The position numbers and the translations under genes are program-made. Shown one piece after another: positions 1-10,697 of a stretch of 64,000 nucleotides of DNA. The notes beneath the pieces were generated by a model. The model did not search any database. It had not been told where the DNA came from and saw only the letters and a program-made list of their open reading frames with translations. Position 1 is the stretch's first letter. The number at the start of each line of letters is the position of its first letter. The stretch is from Bacillales bacterium UBA784 (GTDB lineage: Bacteria > Bacillota_I > Bacilli_A > RFN20 > CAG-288). The DNA is taken from NCBI GenBank assembly GCA_002297045.1, contig DBJE01000013.1:127791-191790 (forward strand), in the 5' to 3' direction.

Positions 1-1407
1 AAAGGACAGGGATATGACCATATCTCTGCCTTTGCCTTCAAACTTTCTAAGGATGCAGAAAGGGAAGTGGAAAGCGATCCGGAGGAAGGAATCTTCCGTT
101 CCCTTTCGGAAGCCATCAAGACGAGGAAAAAGGGTAATCCTGTCCGTGCCGTATTCGGCGAGGGTATTCCTCTCGACCTTAAAGGCAAACTGAGGAAGAC
201 CTTCGATATCAAACCGGACGATTTGATTCAGGTCGGCGGACGGTACCATAATAATAAGGATTTAAGGAAGTTCCCTTACTTTGGAAACAAGGCGTTGAAA
301 AACGTCCCCTGGGAAAGCAAGGAACTCTCCGAGGTGGTGAACGGAGAGTCTTTGCTCGATGCCATCGAGAAAAAGGATAGGCTTATCCATGTTCCTTATC
401 AGTCCTTCGATGCCTTCGTGAAGCTTCTCCAGGAGGCCGCCATTGCTCCCGATGTCGTTTCCATTAAAGCTGCCATTTATCGTGCAGCCAATCATTCTAA
501 GGTGGTCCGCGCCCTCTGCCAGGCTGCCCGCAACGGAAAGAAAGTGACTTGCAGGGTTGAATTAAGGGCTCGCTTTGATGAAAGCAGCAATAGGCTCATT
601 TCCAAGAAACTGAGAGATGCCGGCGTGGATGTCCTTACCGGACTTGAAGGATTCAAGGTCCATGGCAAGGTAGTAGTCATCAAACGGAAAAAGAAGAACG
701 ATATTGCCGTTGTCTCTACCGGAAACTTCCATGAGGGGAACGCCTCCCTTTATACCGACTGTCTTCTTTTCACGGCGAATAAGAAAATAACCGAAGATGT
801 CCAGAGCATTTTCAAGTTCCTTGCTAAGCCCTTCACCCAGCCTACCTTCCATAAGCTGTTTGTCTCTCCGAACGATAGGCAGAAGCCTTTTGAGAAGCTT
901 ATCGATCAGGAAATCAATAATGCCAGAAAAGGTCTCCCGGCATCCATCTGTATCAAGATTAACCACATTACGGATGAAAAGAGGGTAGAATGCCTCTATC
1001 GGGCAAGCCAGGCAGGAGTAAAACTGAAACTTCTTGTCCGCGGGAACTGCTCGCTTGTCCCTGGCATTAAAGGACTAAGCGAGAATAGGGAAATCCATGG
1101 CATCATCGACCGATATCTTGAGCATTCCCGTATCTTCATCTTTGAAAATGGCGGGAAACCTCTTTATTATAGGGGCAGTGCTGATTTCAGGCCGAGAAAC
1201 CTTTATAATCGTGTAGAAGTTGTTACTCCGGTCTACGATAAGGAATGCCAGCGACGGCTACAGGAGATTTTCGACTTAGGATTTGCCGATAACACCAAGT
1301 CTTTCCTTATCGACGGGAAAGGCACCAATGAGAGATTCCTTAAAGGACCGAACAAAGTCGAATCACAGAAGGAACTCTATCTTGCCCTTTCTTCGGATAA
1401 GAAATAA
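1..1407 (+). CDS. ppk: Polyphosphate kinase 1 (PPK1), C-terminal ~468 codons; the 5' end lies outside the window
   Basis: The frame of track ORF 67..1407 stays open back to base 1. PPK1 motifs are present: HVPYQSFD, SIKAAIYR, NGKKVTCRVEL-ARFDE, GSADF-PRN. TAA at 1405-1407. AGG at 1189-1191 falls where PPK1s have Met (SADWM-RN). Confidence 0.9.
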   Translation, partial: KGQGYDHISAFAFKLSKDAEREVESDPEEGIFRSLSEAIKTRKKGNPVRAVFGEGIPLDLKGKLRKTFDIKPDDLIQVGGRYHNNKDLRKFPYFGNKALKNVPWESKELSEVVNGESLLDAIEKKDRLIHVPYQSFDAFVKLLQEAAIAPDVVSIKAAIYRAANHSKVVRALCQAARNGKKVTCRVELRARFDESSNRLISKKLRDAGVDVLTGLEGFKVHGKVVVIKRKKKNDIAVVSTGNFHEGNASLYTDCLLFTANKKITEDVQSIFKFLAKPFTQPTFHKLFVSPNDRQKPFEKLIDQEINNARKGLPASICIKINHITDEKRVECLYRASQAGVKLKLLVRGNCSLVPGIKGLSENREIHGIIDRYLEHSRIFIFENGGKPLYYRGSADFRPRNLYNRVEVVTPVYDKECQRRLQEIFDLGFADNTKSFLIDGKGTNERFLKGPNKVESQKELYLALSSDKK

Positions 1408-1469
1408 ATGAGAGAAATTTCGTCATCTTTTCTCTACACCTTTATAATGAAGAAAAGAAGGGCCAGCCT

Positions 1470-2381
1470 ATGAGGAAACCAGGTTATTATGCTGCCATCG
1501 ATGTCGGCAGTAATGCAGTCAGAAGGATTATCAAGGATGTCTACGGCAGGAAAAAGGATAAGATTCTTGCCTCTACGGTACAGGAAGTCCGGATCCCTAT
1601 CCGGCTTGGCGCTGACGTCTTTTCAACTGGGAGCATTTCCTTCCGGAAAGAGCAGCAGCTCATCGACACAAGGATTTGTTTCCGCTCGCTAAGGAACATC
1701 TATTCGGTAACGGCCTATAAGGCGTATGCCACCTCCGCGAGGCGGGAAGCAAAAAACGGAGAAGAAGTCATTGAGCGGATCAAGAAGGAATCCGGAATCG
1801 ATAGGCAGATTGTTTCCGGAACAACAGAGGCAAATACCATCACCTATATTCTAAAGGATCTTCATCTGGATAAAGGTGTCTTTGTAGCCGTGGATGTCGG
1901 AGGAGGCAGCACGGAGGTCTCTTTGATCGTCGATGGAAAGGATATCAAATCCGACTCCTTCCCTATCGGGACCCTCCGGATTCTTGCCGGCAAGGACAAA
2001 AAGGAGACCTGGTCTGCCTTTAAGGATACCTTGAAACGTTACCATGATAAATATGGTGACATTAATATCATCGCGACCGGGGGAAACATCAACCGGTACT
2101 GGAAACTCTCCGAACACAAGTCCAAGCAGAAAGTCAATCTTCTTGATAAGGACGAACTTTTTGAGATCTATGACAAGCTTTCTTCCTTAAGTACAGAAGA
2201 ACGGAAGGAAAAATACTCTCTTAAACCGGACCGTGCCGATGTCATTGTCCCTGCAGGGGAGATCTTTATTACTGCCTGTAAGTGCCTAGATAGTGACTAT
2301 CTCTATGTCCCGATGACCGGACTTGGCGATGGGATTGTCAACGACCTGATTCTTGGAAGTAATATCAATCAGGTTATCTAG
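1470..2381 (+). CDS. ppx: Ppx/GppA-family exopolyphosphatase (short form, actin-like ATPase domains only)
   Basis: YAAIDVGSNAVR and VDVGGGSTE phosphate-binding motifs of the Ppx/GppA fold. Lies immediately downstream of ppk. Confidence 0.8.
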   Translation: MRKPGYYAAIDVGSNAVRRIIKDVYGRKKDKILASTVQEVRIPIRLGADVFSTGSISFRKEQQLIDTRICFRSLRNIYSVTAYKAYATSARREAKNGEEVIERIKKESGIDRQIVSGTTEANTITYILKDLHLDKGVFVAVDVGGGSTEVSLIVDGKDIKSDSFPIGTLRILAGKDKKETWSAFKDTLKRYHDKYGDINIIATGGNINRYWKLSEHKSKQKVNLLDKDELFEIYDKLSSLSTEERKEKYSLKPDRADVIVPAGEIFITACKCLDSDYLYVPMTGLGDGIVNDLILGSNINQVI

Positions 2382-2576
2382 TCCTTTTTCCCTGCCTGCC
2401 TTGCTTTTTTCGGTTGCTGGTTTTTTCTTTGGTCTTATTGAAACCGGTCGTCTTTCCACAAATTAGAAGAAAGGCTACGTTTGTTTCTTCTCCTGGCTGT
2501 GTCCGTTCCTTAGGTAAAGGCTTTCATCTTTTTTCCTCTTTTTCTTTTCCGGATTGTTCCTATAATATCTGTTCGT

Positions 2577-3053
2577 ATGCTAACTAATGTAAACAGCTTA
2601 GAAGAAGAAAAGACCTTAGGAAGAAGGATCCATCAGACCTCGAGCAAGCTGGCCGCCTATATCAACCAGCGAAGGAAAGAGAGAAATCTGCCAAGGAAAG
2701 GCTATGAAGGAAATCTTCTCTTCTTTATCTTCTCTAATCCAGGATGTCTTGCCAAAGACATCCAACGAGAGTTCCGGATTTCTAAGGCGACCGTCTCTTC
2801 CTCCATCCAAAACAGGGAGAAAAAGGGGTGGCTTACCCGGAAGGATGGGAAGGACAGACGCTACAAGGTGCTCTGCGTCACGAAAGAAGGCAGAAAAGCC
2901 TGCCGCCCTTATACCGAGTTCTTTCTCGACATCAATAAAGAAGTTGAGAGTCAGATTTCTATAGCTGACAAGGAGACGACATTACGTGTCCTGAACCAGA
3001 TTCTGCTGAATCTGGAACAGGCAAAAAAAGGAGAAAACAATGAAAACCATTAA
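2577..3053 (+). CDS. MarR-family transcriptional regulator
   Basis: 158 aa with a winged-HTH pattern (ISKATVSSSIQN-EKKGWLTRK..DRRYKVL). It overlaps the downstream ABC exporter gene by 14 nt, suggesting one operon. Confidence 0.75.
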   Translation: MLTNVNSLEEEKTLGRRIHQTSSKLAAYINQRRKERNLPRKGYEGNLLFFIFSNPGCLAKDIQREFRISKATVSSSIQNREKKGWLTRKDGKDRRYKVLCVTKEGRKACRPYTEFFLDINKEVESQISIADKETTLRVLNQILLNLEQAKKGENNENH

Positions 3054-4809
3054 GCGATTATTAACCTATAGGAATGGTTACTGGAAGGATACGACATGGA
3101 CATGGATTTCGGTTGCTTTGGAAGCGGCACTTGAAATCCTTGTCGCTTTCTTCCTTCAGTATTTATTAAAAGGCGTGGAAGAAAGCTCCGCCTTAATGAT
3201 CGGAAGGTGGGCAGGAATTATCGGCGGTCTTGCAATCCTTGCCGCCGTCAGGGGTATTTTCGCCGGATACTGGGCTTCTTCTGCCGCAGCCGGCTTTGGA
3301 AAGAACCTCCGTCAGGCAAGGTATGAGAAGGTGCAAACCTATTCTTTTAAGAACATTGATAAGTTCTCCTGTCCTTCCATTGTCACTCGAAGGACGACCG
3401 ATAGGGCAAATATCCAAAGGTCGGTCATGATGATTCTCCGCAGGGTCATCCGTGCCCCTTTAAGGATGATCTTTGCTAGGGTCATGGCGTTTGTTACCGC
3501 TCCTTCCTTAGCCTGGATTTTCCTAATCATCATTCCGGTTCTTTTCGTTGTCTTAAGGGTCATCGCCAATTCCGCCCACAAGCTCTTCATTAAGATTTTC
3601 GACACTTACGATGATTTGAACCAGGATGTCCAGGAGGATGTCGACGGCATCCGTGTCATCAAGTCCTTTGACCGGAAGGACTATCATACAAGAAAGTTCC
3701 ATTCTGTCTCGGAAGGCATCTATAAATCGTATATCAAAGCCGAATTCCGTCTTGCCTTCAATGGCCCTAGGAGGAACATTGCCGTCTATGGTGCTAGGAG
3801 GTTCATCTCCTATTTCGGCGCAAAAAAGATTATTGAGAGCGACAACGGAAAACTTCATGGAGTAGCCGGATTAGAAATCACACAGCTCACAACTCTCTTC
3901 ACTTACATCAGGATGATTATGATGGCACTTATGATGGTTTCCATGATTTATGTTAGGATCATCATCTCCCGGAATAGTGCAGAGCGTTGCATCGAAATCC
4001 TGGATGAGAAATCTGATATTGTATCTCCGGCTAATCCGCTAAAGAAGGTGGAGAACGGACAGGTCGATTTTGATGATGTCTCCTTCTCCTACGGCGGAGG
4101 GAAGAATGTCCTTGAGCATGTCAACCTTCACTTCCTTCCTGGGGAAACCGTTGGCATCATCGGACCAACCGGTTCAAGCAAGACCACTCTTGTCTCCCTT
4201 ATTGCACGGCTCTATGATGCGACTAGTGGCGAGGTGAAAGTGGGCGGACATAACGTTAAGGAATATGATGTCGCCACTCTCCGTGATGCCGTCGCCGTCG
4301 TCCTTCAGAAGAACACTTTGTTTACCGGGACTATCCGGGACAACCTCAAATGGGGAAATGAACAGGCAACCGATGAAGAAATCAGGAAGGCCTGTGATAT
4401 TGCCCAGGCCAGTGAATTCCTCAATCGGTTCCCTAAAGGACTGGATACAAGGCTTGTCGAGGGAGGAAACAATGTTTCCGGCGGTCAGAAGCAGCGTCTA
4501 TGTATCGCCAGAGCCCTATTAAAGAACCCGAAGATCCTGATTCTCGATGATTCGACTTCCGCCTGCGATACCCATACGGATGCTTTAATCCGGGAAGGGC
4601 TAAGCAAGGAGCGGATGGATGTCACTAAGTTCATCATTGCCCAGCGTGTCCTTTCTATCCGTGACTGCAAGACGATTATCGTCAGGGATGCCGGAGGTAA
4701 GATCGTTGCAAAGGGCAACAACGATGAACTGAGGCAGAACTGTCCGGTTTATAAGGAACTCTATGAGTCCCAGCTTGGAGGAGGTGACTTCGATGTCAAA
4801 GCAGATTAA
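3040..4809 (+). CDS. ABC exporter, fused permease/ATPase (heterodimer subunit 1)
   Basis: N-terminal multi-TM exporter domain plus an NBD: Walker A GPTGSSKTT, signature VSGGQKQR, Walker B ILILDDSTS. Confidence 0.9.
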   Translation: MKTIKRLLTYRNGYWKDTTWTWISVALEAALEILVAFFLQYLLKGVEESSALMIGRWAGIIGGLAILAAVRGIFAGYWASSAAAGFGKNLRQARYEKVQTYSFKNIDKFSCPSIVTRRTTDRANIQRSVMMILRRVIRAPLRMIFARVMAFVTAPSLAWIFLIIIPVLFVVLRVIANSAHKLFIKIFDTYDDLNQDVQEDVDGIRVIKSFDRKDYHTRKFHSVSEGIYKSYIKAEFRLAFNGPRRNIAVYGARRFISYFGAKKIIESDNGKLHGVAGLEITQLTTLFTYIRMIMMALMMVSMIYVRIIISRNSAERCIEILDEKSDIVSPANPLKKVENGQVDFDDVSFSYGGGKNVLEHVNLHFLPGETVGIIGPTGSSKTTLVSLIARLYDATSGEVKVGGHNVKEYDVATLRDAVAVVLQKNTLFTGTIRDNLKWGNEQATDEEIRKACDIAQASEFLNRFPKGLDTRLVEGGNNVSGGQKQRLCIARALLKNPKILILDDSTSACDTHTDALIREGLSKERMDVTKFIIAQRVLSIRDCKTIIVRDAGGKIVAKGNNDELRQNCPVYKELYESQLGGGDFDVKAD

Positions 4810-6829
4810 TAAGAGGAATGAATCCTCGATTGTCATTAAGGAAAAGCATCCGGCTAAGCGTCTTCTCTCCTATGTGTTCAAGTACTATCCTTGGAGGTTC
4901 TTCGGTGTCTGTGTGTCCATTCTCTTTTCCGCCTTTGCCACGGTCGCAGGAAGCTATTTTGCCGGTAATATTCTTATCGATAAATTCCTTACCCCTGCCA
5001 TTTATGTCAGGGACGGAACGACCGGTAATCCGCTTAGGAATAACGGCAGCCCGGTAAGGCAGGCTGACCCTAAGGCAACCTTTGCCTCCCTTACCTTCGC
5101 CGGCAGGAACTTTAATGAAGTCAGGCTTGTTCTTCTTGCCATTTTCGTCCTTGGTATCTTAGGCGGGTTCTTCTATAACTATGGCAGGGCAAAGATTGCC
5201 CAAGGCGTACAGAAGATCATCCGTGACGAGAGGTTCTCCCATAGGCTTGACCTTCCTGTCTCCTATTTCGATCAGCATACCCACGGTGACATCAGGTCCG
5301 TCTATTCCAACGATGTCGATGCTCTCCGGGAAAGGCTTGCCCGTGCCGTCCCTAGGTCCTTCTCTTCCCTTGTGACTAGGCTCCTTTGCCTTGTGATGAG
5401 GGTAGGAACGGATATCTATAGGACAATCCTTGTTGCCTTCTTTGCTGTGCTGATGTTCTTCCTTACCCGGTACTTTGCCGGACACTCCGGAAAATATTTT
5501 GCCCAGCAGCAGTGGGAACTTGGAAGAATCAACGGTTATATCGAAGAGAGGATTTCCGGCCAGAAGGTCATCAAGGTCTTCAACCACGAAAAAGAGAACA
5601 TCGAAGGCTTCCGGAAGCATAACGAGGAGCTCTTCGATGATGCCGTGAAGGCTAACCGCTATGCCAACACTTTAAGGCCGATGATCAATCAGCTTGGTAA
5701 CCTTCAGTATGCTATCGTCGCCTTCTTCGGCGGAAGGAGGATGATTTACAAGGTTCCGGCCGTCCATCTTTTCTCTTCCGTCAGTCAGGATGGTATTCTT
5801 GGCTTCTATACAATCGGTATCATCTCTTCCTTCCTTAGGTACAGTAAGGCCTTTGTCCAGCCTATCGGACAGATTAGTCAGCAGCTGAACTCTATCGCCC
5901 TTGCCTTAGCAGGCTCAGGACGTATCTTCTCTCTGATTGATGAGAAGAAGGAAACCGATGACGGGTATGTCGAGCTAGTCAACGCAAAGATGGATGAGGA
6001 TGGCAATCCTGTCGAAACTATTGAACACACCGGAAGGTGGGCATGGAAGCATCCGCATAAGGATAACTCCCCTGTCTCCTACACTTGGCTTAAGGGTGAC
6101 ATCACTCTTGACCATGTCGACTTCGGCTACACAAAGGAAAAGATCGTCCTTCACGATATTACCCTGTATGCTAAGCCCGGACAGAAGGTGGCTTTTGTCG
6201 GTCCTACCGGCGCCGGAAAGACGACGATTACCAACCTTCTTAACCGTTTCTACGATATTGCCGACGGAAAGATCCGGTATGACGGAATCAATATCAATAA
6301 GATTAAGAAATCCGATCTGAGAAGATCCCTTGGCATGGTCTTCCAGGACACGAAGCTCTTTACCGGAACGGTAAGGGAGAATATCCGCTACGGAAAGCTT
6401 GATGCCACGGATGAAGAAGTCAAGGCTGCGGCTAAGCTTGCCAATGCCGATAGCTTCATCGAGCAGCTCCCTGAGGGCTATAACACCATGCTCAAGGATT
6501 CCGGCTCCGGACTCTCCCAGGGTCAGAGACAGCTTCTTGCCATCGCAAGAGCCGCTGTCGCCAATCCGCCTGTCCTTATCCTTGACGAAGCCACTTCTTC
6601 CATCGACTCCCGTACGGAAGCCTTGGTCCAGAAGGGCAGGGATGCCATCAGGAAGGGACGCACTGTCTTTGTCATCGCCCACCGGCTTAGCACCATCAAG
6701 AACGCGGATGTCATCATGGTCCTTGAAAACGGAAGAATCATCGAACGGGGCAACCATGAACAGCTTCTTGCCCAGAAAGGCAAGTACTATCAGCTCTACA
6801 CCGGTAACGCCATCACTTCTGCCGAGTAG
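4793..6829 (+). CDS. ABC exporter, fused permease/ATPase (heterodimer subunit 2)
   Basis: Walker A GPTGAGKTT, signature LSQGQRQL, Walker B VLILDEATS, H-loop VIAHRL. ATG 4793 is preceded by GGAGGAGG and is preferred over the in-frame track start 4763. Confidence 0.9.
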   Translation: MSKQINKRNESSIVIKEKHPAKRLLSYVFKYYPWRFFGVCVSILFSAFATVAGSYFAGNILIDKFLTPAIYVRDGTTGNPLRNNGSPVRQADPKATFASLTFAGRNFNEVRLVLLAIFVLGILGGFFYNYGRAKIAQGVQKIIRDERFSHRLDLPVSYFDQHTHGDIRSVYSNDVDALRERLARAVPRSFSSLVTRLLCLVMRVGTDIYRTILVAFFAVLMFFLTRYFAGHSGKYFAQQQWELGRINGYIEERISGQKVIKVFNHEKENIEGFRKHNEELFDDAVKANRYANTLRPMINQLGNLQYAIVAFFGGRRMIYKVPAVHLFSSVSQDGILGFYTIGIISSFLRYSKAFVQPIGQISQQLNSIALALAGSGRIFSLIDEKKETDDGYVELVNAKMDEDGNPVETIEHTGRWAWKHPHKDNSPVSYTWLKGDITLDHVDFGYTKEKIVLHDITLYAKPGQKVAFVGPTGAGKTTITNLLNRFYDIADGKIRYDGININKIKKSDLRRSLGMVFQDTKLFTGTVRENIRYGKLDATDEEVKAAAKLANADSFIEQLPEGYNTMLKDSGSGLSQGQRQLLAIARAAVANPPVLILDEATSSIDSRTEALVQKGRDAIRKGRTVFVIAHRLSTIKNADVIMVLENGRIIERGNHEQLLAQKGKYYQLYTGNAITSAE

Positions 6830-6844
6830 TTTAGAAAAAAGAGA

Positions 6845-6880
6845 CCTCTGTCTGAAGAACTTCGGACAGAGGCTTTTTTC
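6845..6880 (+). terminator. Rho-independent terminator after the ABC exporter operon
   Basis: CCTCTGTC (6845-6852) pairs with GACAGAGG (6865-6872), with an inner GAAG/CTTC extension, followed by a T6 run at 6874-6879. Confidence 0.85.
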
Positions 6881-7024
6881 TTTGGCTCTGACTTCCTTCT
6901 TTTTTGAAACGATGGGACGGATTTGGACAGTTTTCCACATTTATGGCTTATATTCTGCATGAATGTTGACTTGAAAGCCCTTTTCTCTTATTCTAAATTA
7001 GATTTGAAAGGGGTCGTTTCTTAA

Positions 7025-9967
7025 ATGAACAAGAAAACAAAATTCGGTCTGTCTTTGTTAAGCCTTATTCTTCTTGCCTCCTGCCATACGAACAATTCTA
7101 ATGCCTCTTCTTCTGCCACAGAGCCTGCTTCTCCAAGCCAGCGGGTTACTGAGCCTCAGCCTACGGAAAAGCCGACCGCTAAGCCGACAGATGGATCTTT
7201 ATCCAATAGCGAAGAGCCTTCGGAAACGACAAAGCCTTCTGTGTCTGTCGTTGAAGAGTTTGCTATCATAGTCGATGCAGGCGAAGGGGCAACGATAATC
7301 GGTCTTCCTGCTAAGGCTAAGGAAGGGGAAACGGTTTCTTTTACGGTTACCTTGGCCGCTGAGAAAGAGCTCTCCTATGTCACCATCGACGGGGAGAATA
7401 CCTTAGATTCTAATGAACAGGGAGTCTATTCCTTTGTCAGGCCTAAGCATGCTCTGACTGTCTCTGCCATCACCCAGGATAAGCGGTATAACAATACGGT
7501 CACTCAGGTCGAAGGTGCCACTATCGCCCTTTCTTCCACTTATGCCAAAAAAGGGGAGAAGATTGATGTCCGTGTCACGATCTCTGACCCTGCTAAGTCT
7601 ACCCCCACGGTCAAGGTTGACGGAACGGATGTTGAGATGGCCATCACCGGCGATGAGGGAAGGAAGACCTTCACAGGAAGCTTCACCCAGCCTGGGAAAG
7701 ACGTCTCTGTTGTCGTTACTTTAAATGATGCACCGGCAGCCCCGGCAAAGTATGCCATCGAGGATGAGACCGGTGACGGAGTCATCGTCAAAGGTCCTTC
7801 TTCTGCGGCAAAGGGAGAGAAGGTTACCTTTGTCCTCGGACTTGAGGAAGGATATGAATTCTCCGGCGATGTCAAAGTCTATAAGAAGGGTGAGGAAGCC
7901 ACTCTCGTCGACGTGACAAAGGAAGAAGACGGATCCTATTCCTTCACTAGGCCGGATTATCCGGTTGTCATCACCCGGGAGACGAGTGCCTCTATCTTCC
8001 AAATCAATGTCGAAGGGGAAGAGGGCAAGCTTGGAAAAGAGAATGTCAAAGCTCCGGAATATGCTGTCTATAACACGAAGGTCACGTTGACTGCCAAGGG
8101 AAATGAGACCTATGACGTAGGGGATATCCTTGTCGACGGACAGCCGGCGACAAAGGAAGAGGATGGCTCCTATTCGTTCACTAGGCCTTCCCATGCCGTC
8201 ACCATCAAGGTTGTCTCTGCTGTCCACTACTATCCTGTCAAACTTGTTAACTCTGACCATGTCACCCTTTCCGCCTATACCTATGATGAGAAAACGAAGA
8301 CCTATAGTCCTATCGCAAAAGAAGGAATCAGGTATTCCGACCACCTTTATATTAAGGCTACCGTCAATAATCCTGAAGGAGAGGAATATGCGGTTGATTC
8401 CGTTAAAGTCAAAAATGCTACGGATGGGAAAGCATCTGATAGGACACTCAATGCCGATGGCTATTATGAGTTTAAGTCCCAAACTATCAGTTCTGATTTT
8501 GGACTGGAAGTCGTAGTAACAGAAGATAAGGTGCTACTTGCTGCAGATAGCCCTTTGGTTGGAACACATGCCGGCTTTAAAAAAGGATATAGTGGGTTAG
8601 CCGACGGAAAGCTCATCTTGAACCGCTTTGGAAAGGGTTATTTTGACGATGCTGCCGTAACGAGGCAGAATTACGATTCATCGGCGAAGACGTTTGAATT
8701 ACAGAAAGGAACCGATACGTATAAGGCCGGCTATTTTGACTCCGGTCTCATTTATGTCAATACTGGTACGTCTTCCTTCGCATTAGACAAAATCTATTTT
8801 TATCTATCCAATGCTTCTTCTCTGAAAACCAAATATGTTCTCCTTGATGGAGGAACTTCTTTGTATAGTTCAACTAGGATGCTTATCGAAATCGGTGACG
8901 GAAATAAGACTGTCTACGCCCTTGTGAATAAAACGGACGAGTCAGTTAAATCCGTCAGCCTTAACTTGAAGCAAGGACAGGGAATCACTTCCACTGGCGC
9001 CGTCTTTGAACTTAAGGAGGGGGAAACTTCCCTTGGATACTATCAGAACGATGAGGGAAAACTGGTAAAATACACACTTATTACCGGGACTTATACCGGA
9101 GACCTCGGCTCGATTACGATTGACGGCCTTGGCAAGGCATCCGTAGTTAAAGGGGAAGAAACCAAAGAGGCAACCTACACGATGACTTCTGACGGAAAAT
9201 ACATTTCCCTTGTTCTTGATAATCAGACCTATTTCCTGGCACTTGAAGATAAAACTTATAGTTATGTCCGATATGTGTCTGGTGATTACTATGGTAGGAG
9301 GCTTGGAAAGAATAGTAGCAGCTATGCTTTGGAATGGCATCTTTCGGCTAAGTTCACTGCTGCGACAAGCAAATACGCTGATCCTGTGGAGGGAACATTT
9401 GATGCAAGCGGAAACTTTACTGCTTCCGGATATACATTAGTTTCGATTTCCCCTGATCAGAAAGGCATTGTTGTCCGTAAGGGCACTGGCAGCAGCGCTA
9501 GCTATTATGTGATGACCTCTGATGCAACTGGTAAATCTGATCTTACTTTCGCCTCTATCGGTGATGCTACTTCCTTTGTCGCCACCATTCATGGTTCGAA
9601 AACCGGAGCCATTACTTCCTCTGTCTACTTCGATGGAAAAGACTATCATTGGGGAACAATCTCTACCGTGGATTTTGCTACAGCTGGGACTGCCTTTACC
9701 TTCACTGACAATGATAAGAAAGTCTATAATTTGGTGAACAGGAACGGCAAAGTTGCTGTCAATAGCCTTGTCGGTGAGTATTCCTCGACTGAAGCGGAAA
9801 ATAGTCTTGGCAAGCTAGTTCTAAACGTTGACGGAACTGGAACGCTTGGGGAAACGGCCATAACCTATACTGTCAATGATGAGAAGACTATTACGATAGT
9901 AGCCGGCGAGTCGACCTATAAAATGGTCTTAGATTCAGATAAGAAGACTTATACGACTCAGAAATAA
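7025..9967 (+). CDS. Large surface lipoprotein with tandem beta-rich (Ig-like / InlB-B-repeat-like) modules
   Basis: Signal peptide with lipobox LLASC (Cys20), then a Ser/Pro/Thr/Glu-rich linker, repeated ~80-aa modules, and a ~480-aa unique C-terminal region. Confidence 0.85.
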   Translation: MNKKTKFGLSLLSLILLASCHTNNSNASSSATEPASPSQRVTEPQPTEKPTAKPTDGSLSNSEEPSETTKPSVSVVEEFAIIVDAGEGATIIGLPAKAKEGETVSFTVTLAAEKELSYVTIDGENTLDSNEQGVYSFVRPKHALTVSAITQDKRYNNTVTQVEGATIALSSTYAKKGEKIDVRVTISDPAKSTPTVKVDGTDVEMAITGDEGRKTFTGSFTQPGKDVSVVVTLNDAPAAPAKYAIEDETGDGVIVKGPSSAAKGEKVTFVLGLEEGYEFSGDVKVYKKGEEATLVDVTKEEDGSYSFTRPDYPVVITRETSASIFQINVEGEEGKLGKENVKAPEYAVYNTKVTLTAKGNETYDVGDILVDGQPATKEEDGSYSFTRPSHAVTIKVVSAVHYYPVKLVNSDHVTLSAYTYDEKTKTYSPIAKEGIRYSDHLYIKATVNNPEGEEYAVDSVKVKNATDGKASDRTLNADGYYEFKSQTISSDFGLEVVVTEDKVLLAADSPLVGTHAGFKKGYSGLADGKLILNRFGKGYFDDAAVTRQNYDSSAKTFELQKGTDTYKAGYFDSGLIYVNTGTSSFALDKIYFYLSNASSLKTKYVLLDGGTSLYSSTRMLIEIGDGNKTVYALVNKTDESVKSVSLNLKQGQGITSTGAVFELKEGETSLGYYQNDEGKLVKYTLITGTYTGDLGSITIDGLGKASVVKGEETKEATYTMTSDGKYISLVLDNQTYFLALEDKTYSYVRYVSGDYYGRRLGKNSSSYALEWHLSAKFTAATSKYADPVEGTFDASGNFTASGYTLVSISPDQKGIVVRKGTGSSASYYVMTSDATGKSDLTFASIGDATSFVATIHGSKTGAITSSVYFDGKDYHWGTISTVDFATAGTAFTFTDNDKKVYNLVNRNGKVAVNSLVGEYSSTEAENSLGKLVLNVDGTGTLGETAITYTVNDEKTITIVAGESTYKMVLDSDKKTYTTQK
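7253..8524 (+). repeat. About five tandem ~80-aa protein modules inside the lipoprotein gene
   Basis: The recurring module end is G(S/V)YSF(T/V)-AGG-P...(V/I)T(V/I). KEEDGSYSFT-AGG-P occurs twice (around 7917-7975 and 8150-8210) and GVYSFV-AGG-PKHALTV occurs once. With AGG=Met this gives the F-x-M-P ending common in such repeats. Confidence 0.6.
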
Positions 9968-10007
9968 TAAAAGTACAATCGCTAGAATTTCTTTGTCCGA
10001 ATCAAAA

Positions 10008-10037
10008 AATTGCCCTTGGTTTTCCAGGGCAATTTTT
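10008..10037. terminator. Bidirectional hairpin terminator between convergent genes
   Basis: AATTGCCCTTGG / CCAGGGCAATT stem with one bulge, flanked by an A-run upstream and a T-run downstream. Sits between the 9967 (+) and 10047 (-) gene ends. Confidence 0.75.
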
Positions 10038-10046
10038 ATGTACTTT

Positions 10047-10697
10047 CTAATTCTTCTTTTCTTTTTTGACAAACAAATGGGGAAGGAGGAAGGAAATCCC
10101 TAGTCTGTCTGCCCCTTTCTTGAGAGAAAAGACAATGATGCTTCCGACGACTAGGTTTACGCTTAGCTCAACCCCGAAATTTGCCGCGCTTGAAGCAAAG
10201 GCCATAGCGAAGAAGACAATGGCATTGGTATCCGTTCCGTTCCTAGAGAAGAAGAACAGGGCATAGAAGAGAAGGAAGAAGACGGTGTTAAACAGGGAAA
10301 CAGAGGCAGAGGCTACCATGGAAGAAATGATTCCCCGCTTTTCAAAGCGGTGAATCAAATCATAAAGAAGCCCGGCTAAGAACCCGGCAAGCCTTCTTGC
10401 CACATAGACCGTGACAAGGAAGCCGATAGGTGAATACTGGAAGAGGACAGGGCCGCTAGGATCCCTTCCGGTCAGTCCCTGAATCAAGGAGAAGGTTCCC
10501 CAGACAAATCCGGCCAGTGTCCCTCCGATAGGGCCGAAAAGGCAGGCAATGATGGCGACAGGGATTCCCCTTAATGTGATATTGAATAAGCCAAGATTAA
10601 TGGTAGAAAGTCCGGGAACGAAGGAAAAAATGGCCATGATGGCAATCCTGATTGCCCCAAGGGACATCGAATATACGGCATTGTTTCTCCGTTTCAT
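10047..10697 (-). CDS. ECF-transporter substrate-specific (S) component, probably pantothenate-type by context
   Basis: 216 aa with ~6 TM helices and Gly-rich helices typical of ECF S components. Overlaps coaX by 4 nt. The substrate assignment is contextual only. Confidence 0.6.
   Translation of the reverse strand: MKRRNNAVYSMSLGAIRIAIMAIFSFVPGLSTINLGLFNITLRGIPVAIIACLFGPIGGTLAGFVWGTFSLIQGLTGRDPSGPVLFQYSPIGFLVTVYVARRLAGFLAGLLYDLIHRFEKRGIISSMVASASVSLFNTVFFLLFYALFFFSRNGTDTNAIVFFAMAFASSAANFGVELSVNLVVGSIIVFSLKKGADRLGISFLLPHLFVKKEKKN

Noticed and set aside
5975-6940. 321-aa minus-strand ORF (and many 60-190-aa ORFs) overlapping the ABC exporter genes
   Set aside because: It lies antisense to a gene with unambiguous ABC motifs, has low-complexity Ser/Gly/Asp/Leu-rich composition, and has no RBS or family resemblance. 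It is a shadow ORF. The same reasoning applies to 7721..8482(-), 13955..14488(-), 5159..5620(-), 54013..54477(-), 57615..58055(-), 58695..59156(-) and similar ORFs.
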